From assembly GCA_021613535.1 (NCBI GenBank), contig CP075495.1, positions 12,586,001-12,650,000 of the forward strand: a stretch of DNA of 64,000 bases, given 5' to 3'. Under the pieces are notes generated by a model. The model was not told the origin of the DNA and did not search any database. It saw only the letters and a list, made by a program, of their open reading frames with translations. Of the stretch, positions 55,399-64,000 are shown in pieces. Both the position numbers and the translations under genes were made by a program. The stretch is from Adineta vaga (taxonomy: Eukaryota; Animalia; Rotifera). How positions within the stretch are numbered: position 1 is the first letter of the stretch; each line of letters starts with the position of its first letter.

Positions 55399-55651
55399 GA
55401 AAGAAATGAGATTTCCATTATGTTTTTTTTATACATGAAACTTTGATGAAGTCGAAGTGTATACTTCGTGTTTTGTTGTTGTGTTATTTTATAAAAATAA
55501 AAAAAGTAAGGTCGTCTTTTGAAAGAGCGCCTAAAACTGACATTGAACAGATACTGATACACAGATATAACTATCATAAATGTTTAGCTTTCTGTAAATA
55601 GTAAGATGATTTCTATTTTAGATTGTTTGATTTTCATTAATTTCGAATTCA

Positions 55652-56074
55652 ATGAATACATTAGAAAGTCAAAACGATCGGCAATCGGATGAATTAGCTG
55701 CTAAAGTCTCTCGACTTAAACATGTTTGTTATTAATAACTATTTCTCTTCTCTTGAAAATAATCTTTGTTCATTATGTTTTTTAAGATTGCATTTGATAT
55801 TGAAAATGAAACAAAAGAACATAATCGTTTTCTTGAAACAATGGTAAATGAAAAATCCAAGGATAGAAATAAATCATTCCTTTTTTATTTCTTTCAATTC
55901 TAGCGTTTCGATTTCAATACTGCACGTAGTTTTCTTGGTGGTAGTTCTCGTCATTTAGGCAATGTTATGTCTAGTGGACGAGGTGATCGTCGAGCAATGT
56001 GTTACATAGCAGGAGCTATAATTCTTGCGTTTTTGTTTCTCTATTATGTTGTGAGTTCATTTCGTACTAAGTAA
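55652..56074 (+). CDS. BET1L: BET1-like Golgi Qc-SNARE (GS15); 3 exons
   Basis: LESQNDRQSDELAAKVSRLKHIAFDIENETKEHNRFLETM..FLGGSSRHL..SGRGDRRAMCY plus a C-terminal TM helix; introns gtttgt..aag and gtaaat..tag. Confidence 0.85.
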
Positions 56075-56243
56075 TATAAAATTTTTAATCTGTATATATA
56101 CAAATAAACATCTGTTATCAGAGATGAATTTAGCGAAGATCGAGTATTCATCTTTCGTTTGATTTTCTCCTTTTATTCTGTTTTTTTTTGGTGTTCAAAT
56201 AAGAAACAAAGTTATCTATATATGTTATACGTGGGTTCTAGAT

Positions 56244-58529
56244 ATGAATCTTTTGCGTCGTCCTTTACCTCCTCGTCTTCGTCCATTATTACTCAGTGAC
56301 ATATCAAATGGACGAGCTGAATCTTTATCACCACTTTCATCAGCATCTACTTCAACAAATAATTCACCTCGATCATCTCGACCATCGAGTCATACACGTT
56401 CACCACGTTATCTACCACCATTGAACGAAGAAGATAGTCGTCATATAAATCTCACTATACGATCTCAACAAGAACAATCGTCCAATGATAATCAATTGAC
56501 TGTATCAACAAAAGCTCACAAAAAACCTGAGAAGGAAGATAGTGCTGATGATGATAGTGAAGATGAAAGAGAGAAAAAAACAAGAAGATTATTAACACCA
56601 CTTAAACCACGTGTATATTCACAATTCAGTGGAATACATCGTTCAGCTACTTCGACAAAAGCACGATCACTTCTTCGAACACCAAAATATAAAGGACCAC
56701 CTGGTTTACCAGCTAGACGAACACGTACTTTCTGTGATGTTAAAACTCATTATACAAATATTACCGATGATAATGCTTATAATGTCGATAATCGATTTAC
56801 TTTTAATGATTTTATTCTTAATTCATCGAGATTAAATGGTCATTCATATGAAGAAACAGTAGTAGAAAAAGCGTTTCTATCGAAATATACTTATAAACAA
56901 ATCTGTGAAATGATTGCTGAACGTGTTTGGGCAGAAAGACGAGAAGGTGGACAAGTAAGTTCGAATAAATACAAATGAATTTCAAAATAATCTCTTATAC
57001 TATTAAAGATTCATGTACAAACATTAGTACCTGATATAGAACCATTTCAAAATCGAATACCAATGCATCAAATTATAGCTGAAATGGCTTTAGTTCTTCG
57101 ACAACATATGTCACACATATTCGGTAATTTATGATTTGACAAATCATATTGAACTCTTTTTCTCATCCTAGGTTCTCAATTGAAAATGAATATCCGAACA
57201 TTACCAAGTTGGCGACAGAAAGAAGGTGCACATACAGAAATTCTTCTTTATGAAAAAGAAAATAACAAAAAATCATCAGAAATTCTACAAGAAACCGATG
57301 GTAAAGTAAACTCGATTGACTATTCGACTAATGTATTTTCATTATCTTAGAATCATTCGATTATCGACGTGATACGGGTGCTCAAATAGCGATTCTAGAT
57401 AGTTTAATTAAAAATGGAACACATTTAGATTTACGTGCTTTTACATTGGAATATTTACCTGATATCTCATTGATGTATACTACATTAGTTGCTATTGATC
57501 TATCATACAATTGTTTTCAAGTAAGATAATAGATAAAGATGAAATGAATTCAAAATATTTATCGTACTTTTTGTTGTTGTTGTGTTCTTAAGACTGTTCC
57601 AGAAGAATTATTCGAATGTGTAAAACTTGAACATCTCTATTTACGTCATAATCCAATTTCATCAATCTCATCAGGAATGAAGAATTTGAAAACGCTCGTT
57701 TTTCTTGACATGTCATTCTGTCAATTAAATGGTATTCTAACTGAAAAGTATGTAAAGAAATCGAAAAAAAAGATACAAATCAATCTTTTATATTACTTTC
57801 ATTAGTTTATTTGGATTAATTAATCTTCGACATTTGGATATATCATATAATCTTATCAAAACTATTCCAAGTGGTATATCGAATTTAAAGTAAAGATTTT
57901 CTTTTCTTCACTAAGATTATTTTCAATTTTTATTTCTCACAGAAATCTTCGACAATTGCTTTGTGATGGAAATGAAATCACTCATTGTCCATCAAGTATA
58001 ATTTCAATGACTAATCTTCGATTGATTACTGCAAAAAATACATGGCTTTTACCTCCATTAGCTGACCATGAAAATTCAACAAAACCTCAAGTAATATTTG
58101 ATTCATATCAATTCTATACTCATTTCTATCATTCTAGAAATTGCTTGAATTAGTCACTCATCGTTACAGTCAATTTTATTGGAAAGATTTATACCATAAA
58201 ATTCCTGAATCATCAAAGATATTACTTGCCAAGTAAGTCACATCTATTCTCTGACGAAAACAAATCGAACTATTATTGTTTTGAATATGTTTAGTGCACA
58301 ATTATGTGATTCTTGTTCGAGCTTACGTATAGGCAATGGTATTCGTAAAATTATTATATGTGAAAATTTCGTTGGTATTAAATCATTACCAATACTTTTT
58401 GTCAGTTGTACACCAGAATGTATACAAAGATTTCTCTCTGATAAACTTCCAAGTACTACAATTCCGTCCAAAGATACTTATATTATTAATGATCAATTTA
58501 TTTCTCACCTCAAAACACGTCATATGTGA
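56244..58529 (+). CDS. Intracellular leucine-rich-repeat protein, LRRC63-like, multi-exon
   Basis: Low-complexity N-terminus, AILDSLIKNGTHLDLRAFYI, LRRs (IDLSYNCF, LYLRHNPI, LDMSFCQL, LDISYNLI) and C-terminal CDSC..G.G..FVGIKSLPILFVSCTPEC. Confidence 0.75.
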
Positions 58530-58653
58530 TAAAACATATTTTGTTTTTTAAACTATTTTACACTACTAATATTAACAGTTTATATATACATATAAATATA
58601 ATCTCACGAATGATCTTTTCTTTTTCTAGATATATAGATATAAAAGAACAACA

Positions 58654-59078
58654 ATGAAATTAATTACACATAATATGTTGACATCAAATATTCTCAAAGG
58701 TGTTTCAAAAGGTTTTCCATTGAAAATACAAAATGCCAAAGTTGAAAATGTTTCCGTTGATTACAATAAAGATTTTATTAGTCGAATTCTTCAACGCATT
58801 GAATATGATGCACTTCGAGCAGCTATTAAAGATGTATGTTTAACTTTTCCAATGTAAATTATCAGATTTTCTTTTTTCAGTTGGGTTTGAATGAATCATT
58901 ACCTGAATCAATGACAGACAGTATGCAAGATGATGAAGAATTTTTGAAAACAATGCATCGTATTCTACTTGAATATGAAATTGAAGAAGGTGAACTCATC
59001 TGTCCGGAAACTGGTAGATCATTTCCAATCTCTAAAGGTATACCAAATATGTTATTACAAGAAACTGAAATATCATAA
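58654..59078 (+). CDS. TRMT112: Multifunctional methyltransferase subunit TRM112 (2 exons; intron 58834-58880)
   Basis: MKLITHNMLTS..GFPLKI..FLKTMHRILLEYEIEEGELICPETGRSFPISKGIPNMLL. Confidence 0.96.
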
Positions 59079-59242
59079 TCAATGATTTCGTTGTAATCAT
59101 TATTTGTTATTGTTGATCAAATAAAAAAAAAGAAAAAAGAAATCAAAAAAGAAAATGAATGTTGTTGTTTCGTGTATTGCTTTATCTAAACTGAAACGTT
59201 TTACAAAGAGCATTGTATATTGTAGACTAAATTCTCTAAGAT

Positions 59243-60337
59243 ATGAATGATCATTCGTTACCTTGTAAATCGAAAACATCCTTGTCACAAGAATCAGTAA
59301 CGAAAAATGTCAATCAAATCTGTCAGTTATATTCATTTGAAATGATACCTGAATATCTTCAATCAAATCCTTATATACGAACAGGTTATCGATATGGTTT
59401 AACATTCAAAGGCTGTTTAGTCAGGTAATAATGTGTGTAAATAATTCATATAATCTATCTATGTATGATTTCGATGAAATAGTTTATTGTATGTGAATAA
59501 TGAATCGGTGAATGTTTGGTCACATTTAATTGGTGCTGGTCTTTTTATTTATTTTTTCTTTTGTGATATTTATAAAGGCAAAATTTTTCCTTCGATAACA
59601 ACAACAACTGATTATTATTTTCTATTATTTTATACATTTACAGTCATAGTAAATCTTTACTTCTCAAAAGATGTTATTTTATTTAAGATCTCTTCTTTTC
59701 TCTTCTATCATAGACATGTATGTTATGTTCAGTAGTATTTCATCTCTTCAATTGTATTTCATCACGAGCATTTGCTGATTTTCTCAAATTAGATTACTGT
59801 GGTATCGGCTTTGGTATTCTCGGTTCTTATTTATGTGGTCTTCATTTAACATTTCATTGTTATCATAATTGGAGAATACGATATGAAACATTGATTATTG
59901 GTATCATATTTATTGCGGTAATTTATTATATTCATGGAGTTAAACGATATATAACACGAAATATTCATGTCACTTTATTTGTAACTATCTCATTATTTGG
60001 TATTATACCAAGTTTACATTGGTATTATCTTGAAGGTGGCTGGTCAAATCCATTTGTACAACATTTCTTTCCAAAAATACTTATTCTCTATGGAATATTA
60101 ACTATTGGTGTTCTGGCTTATTTGACAAAATTTCCCGAGAGATTGTTTCCCGGTAGGATCATTATAGCCTCAATACAGACACTTGATATGTTGTTTTTAG
60201 GTTGTTTTGATATTTTATTTGCAAGTCATCAGATCTGGCATTTTGCATCATTAGCAGCATTTATATGGTGGTATAAAAATGGTATTGAATTAATGCACTA
60301 TCGTCTGATAAATCCCTGTGGTGCTCAATCAAAATAG
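59243..60337 (+). CDS. PAQR3: Progestin and adipoQ receptor family member 3; about 4 exons
   Basis: IPEYLQSNPYIRTGYR, NESVNVWSHLIG, CSVVFHLFNC, KLDYCGI, KFPERLFPG, SHQIWH. Confidence 0.9.
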
Positions 60338-61208
60338 ATCAAACGTTTTTAAACCTGTTTTTCTTTAGTTAGAATGAACGTTGAACGTATCCTTCCACGA
60401 ATAGTTTTATTAGATTTACTTACATGTTTTTTTTGTGATAAGTATATTGTGTAATGTACTGATCTATTTTTTTTCACATACTTTTGAGAATAAAAATAAA
60501 CGTATTTAGTCTGTTTTAACTAACAAAGGAGAATCGATATATCGAAGTGTTGTAATATCACTTTCCTATATTTGATCTTTTAAGATTTGAAATGATCGAA
60601 TCTATGATTCTGTTCGATATGATTGAAGTTTTATCATATGAAACAATAAATTTTAATGAACATGGTTAATCTTTTCAACTATTACAAATTACAGGTAAGA
60701 TAATTATTGTTCGATCGCATGAGTTTGATATTTTTACTTTAATGTTTGATAAGTTTGAAAGTATAAGCTATGATGTTCTGATATAAGATTGATGCATAAG
60801 TCAAAATTGTAACATATCGTTTTCATTTAAATAGTTCTTGTTGTTCTTTGGTAACATAGAGAAAATACACGTATATTTCATTCAATATTATAGTCTCTGC
60901 GTGATTAAAATAGTCACAAGTTATCATCGATGAACAAAAACAATCGTAACTTTCTTTACTATAGCATTAAATTGTAAGAAAAATAGCAGCGCAAAACTTA
61001 TATACTATAGATTCTTAATAGTAATAAGGTACTGAAAAAGCATTTTTATTATTTAAAAACATCGATTTTTGTATAGGTTCACGATAAGATCAGAAGGCTA
61101 AAGTACACGCATGACACAGAGATGATATGACATAAGTACGAGATCGAGAATATGTAATGGATATATATATATACCAGTAAGTCATCCAGAACGGACGTAA
61201 GTATATGA

Positions 61209-61216
61209 TGACGTCA
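61209..61216. promoter_or_regulatory. CRE palindrome upstream of ABCB1 (AP-1 TGAGTCA also at 61694-61700 and 62423-62429)
   Basis: Exact TGACGTCA and TGAGTCA matches in the 2 kb upstream of the transporter ATG. Confidence 0.35.
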
Positions 61217-62525
61217 TTGTATGAAAAAAACAATAGTGGTCATATCTCTACCTGAACTACTGTATGTACTAATAGACTATTCGGCGCAGCCTATACGATA
61301 ATCAAACATTCAACTTATCAAACAAAGATAATGACACGGTGTACACCATGGAAGTCAAAATACGACGTGAAAAAAAGTAAGACTTCTTTATTTTTTTCTG
61401 TAGATCCATACTTCTAAGAAAATATTTTCATAGATTTAAAATACATCAAGAAAAAATTAAATTAAATTTAAAAAGAAGCCATTGATGAGTTTTTTTTTAT
61501 TTCATCATATTATGCAGAAACTAGTTTAATTTATTCACATAGAAATGAGTAAGGACAATAAGATATAAAAGTTCTAATTCAAGGTGTATGGCAACTAAAG
61601 ATGTAAGGACAGAAAAAATGTCGAGCGTTCTGTCACCGTTACTACAAGTTGGGCGGCAGCTTTTTTTTTTCTCTTGATAATTTATTCTATTAGTGAGTCA
61701 TTTGAAGCATAAGACGAGTTAATTACGGACGGTAATTTTATAGATAAGCTTTGTATGATTAACTAAATCTTTTTGTGAAAGATTGGTCAGACTTGGAAGA
61801 AAAGAATTCTTTTTGAAAAGTAAAAAATGTATAATTACTACTACTAATAAGCATATAATGACTTTCATCTGTTCTAATTTACTGAAATAGTTAAGCGCTA
61901 CACATAGAACTTCTCTAAGTTCTTTTAATTAGTATGTAACGAGAACAGTTCACATGAAATTTCTGTTTTCATGTTATAAAAACGAATAAGTTTCATTATC
62001 ATTATTTGCTTTATGACTTTTATCAACGACAACAAGGGCATTATAGAACAACAATAGTATATGTTGTCTTTATGGTATTTTTATCGATTTATTTTCTCCT
62101 TTCTGTGTTTTGTTGAATGTAAAAAAAAGATCGAGTTTTTCTGTTCTAAATTGTTAAACTGCCACGTATGAAAAGAACTATTTTCTTACTGACAAATGAC
62201 ATTTATTTTTATCAAGAATGATGAAATAACATGAAGGAAAAGAGAACACAATGATGAAAGAAATCCAGATATGACGATGCACTTCAGGATGTACGATAAA
62301 TAGTCCTTTGCATTACCTTTTTTGGTGACGAAGAACGAGAAAAGAAGAATTTCATAATCATTGTTCTCATCACATTTATAAAAGATCAGCAGCATTACAT
62401 ACACCGAAGAAAAGAAGAAATATGAGTCATAGTTGAGAGAAAAACATTTTTTTAGTTTTTTAATAGTTTCACTGCATTTGCACTCGTAACCGGTTTGTTT
62501 TGTTTGTGATATAGATCATTCAAAA

Positions 62526-64000
62526 ATGGATGGTAATTCAAACGATTTAAATCATCGGCAAGTATATCCACTCGATGAAATTAAGAATGCTAATGGCGCT
62601 CATCAAACTCCAAATACATCGTCATCCAAGTATGACTTATTCTTCTAAAAAAAGGCACACTAGTTTGTCTTATTAAACTATTTTAGTATCAAAATGAAAG
62701 ATATTTTCGAGAAAAAAGATGAGAGTGAAAAGAAGAATAAAGAACCTACACAAGTCGTCGGATTTTTAAGTCTTGTATGTTATATTTATATTCTTTTTGA
62801 AGAAAATTCAACAAATGTTACATATAGTTTCGATTTGCCAATGGAAACGATTATTTATACATGATAGTTGGTACTTTTGCCGGTATAGAAATCATTTTTA
62901 TACTAATATTTCTGTGCTTAATGAATATTTTTTTGATTATTTAGCACTAGCTCATGGGGCTGCATTTCCATTAAGTATATAATTGAGTAGAACAATAGAA
63001 CATACTTAAGAAATAATGTATTTAGTGTTATTGGTTTTTGGAAATGTCACAGATGTATTTACCGGTCGAACATTCGACTTATGTTCATTCAATTTCACAA
63101 TTTTTCAAGGTCGTTGTCCACCTGGTGTAGAATTAAATACAGAGAATTTTTTTACTGAATATGTGTATGTTTGTATTTTGTTTCTATTGAAAATTAATTT
63201 AATTTCTTCTTATAGCAAATGTAATCTGACTGGTTTAGATTTCCCTTTGCCCAATGTAGATTTTCTTGGAACGATTCGTCAACAATCATTATGGCTGACT
63301 AGTAAGTCACAATGTAGAGAAAGAGGAATACATCAAATATGAAAAGATTCATGGATAGATTTACAGTTGTCTTCTAACAGCTCATGTTTTATTATTCTTG
63401 AATAAGTTCAAGTTTCAAAAGTTTTGCATATAGGAAGACTGAAGCAGAATATGATTCTAAGAAAAATGAGATTATTTTCATACAAATGAATTCAAAAATC
63501 TAAATACATTGAAATCGAACATATCATCTCTTCCATTCTGATTTAAGCAAAAAAATCGATTGCATGTTATTTATTTAGTTATGGGATGTGGAACAATAGT
63601 GGTGGGATATTTTCAAGTTGCTTTCTGGTCTATTGCTTGTGAACGACAAACACGTCGTATTCGTGAAACACTGTTTCGATCAATACTTCATAAAGAAATT
63701 GCTTATTTTGATACCTATAAAACAGGTGAACTGAGTACAAGATTATCTGATGATGTTAACAAAGTTCATGATGGTATTGGAGACAAAGTCGGTTCAGCAT
63801 TACAATTTTTTGCTGGTTTTATTGCTGGTCTTGCTCTTGGGTAGATTTTTACAATATATATATACATATAGAGTTGTCTTTCAAGTCTGATCTTTTTTGT
63901 TTCTATTTAGATTGATCAAAGGATGGAAATTAACATTAGTGATACTTTCTGTTAGTCCATTGCTATTTTTCAGCGCAATGATCATTACAAAAGTATAGTC
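62526..64000 (+). CDS. ABCB1: ABC transporter subfamily B full transporter (P-glycoprotein/MDR1-like); 5' part, runs off the window end
   Basis: VGFLSLFRFA..MIVGTFAALAHGAAFP..LVFGNVTD, QVAFWSIACERQTRRIRETLFRSILHKEIAYFD..GELSTRLSDDVNKVHDGIGDK, GWKLTLVILSVSP. Confidence 0.92.

Overview
This is very AT-rich, gene-dense eukaryotic DNA with many short (~45-65 nt) GT-AG introns. The gene set is metazoan (innexin, IA-2/PTPRN, HYLS1, ATMIN, IBTK). A degenerate ADP-ribosyltransferase-family gene and a bacterial-style type II thioesterase with introns point to a bdelloid rotifer (inference). I reconstructed about 26 spliced protein-coding genes by hand, in order: ART-like (partial), LRR-TM receptor, small orphan, HYLS1, RPAP3, PTPRN/IA-2, RTN4IP1, IBTK, CREB-family bZIP, DENND6, MTRFR/C12orf65, ATMIN, HORMAD/Hop1, thioesterase II, GCLC, MELK, fumarase, PHYHD1, innexin, two tandem U1A/U2B'' genes, BET1L, LRRC63-like, TRMT112, PAQR3 and ABCB1 (partial). 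The most notable signals are: (1) a six-gene co-directional cluster at 53.4-60.3 kb with 124-253 nt stop-to-start gaps and splice-acceptor-like AGs just before the start codons, suggesting an SL-trans-spliced operon; (2) MTRFR and ATMIN separated by only 7 nt, suggesting a bicistronic unit; (3) a KID-less CREB with a perfect CRE upstream of its own start (ICER-like); (4) a catalytically rewired or pseudo ART; (5) a HORMA-only meiotic axis gene and a probable horizontally acquired thioesterase. I recognised no rRNA, tRNA, CRISPR or intact transposon. Gene names come from remembered motif similarity, not database searches, and exon boundaries are hand-called.
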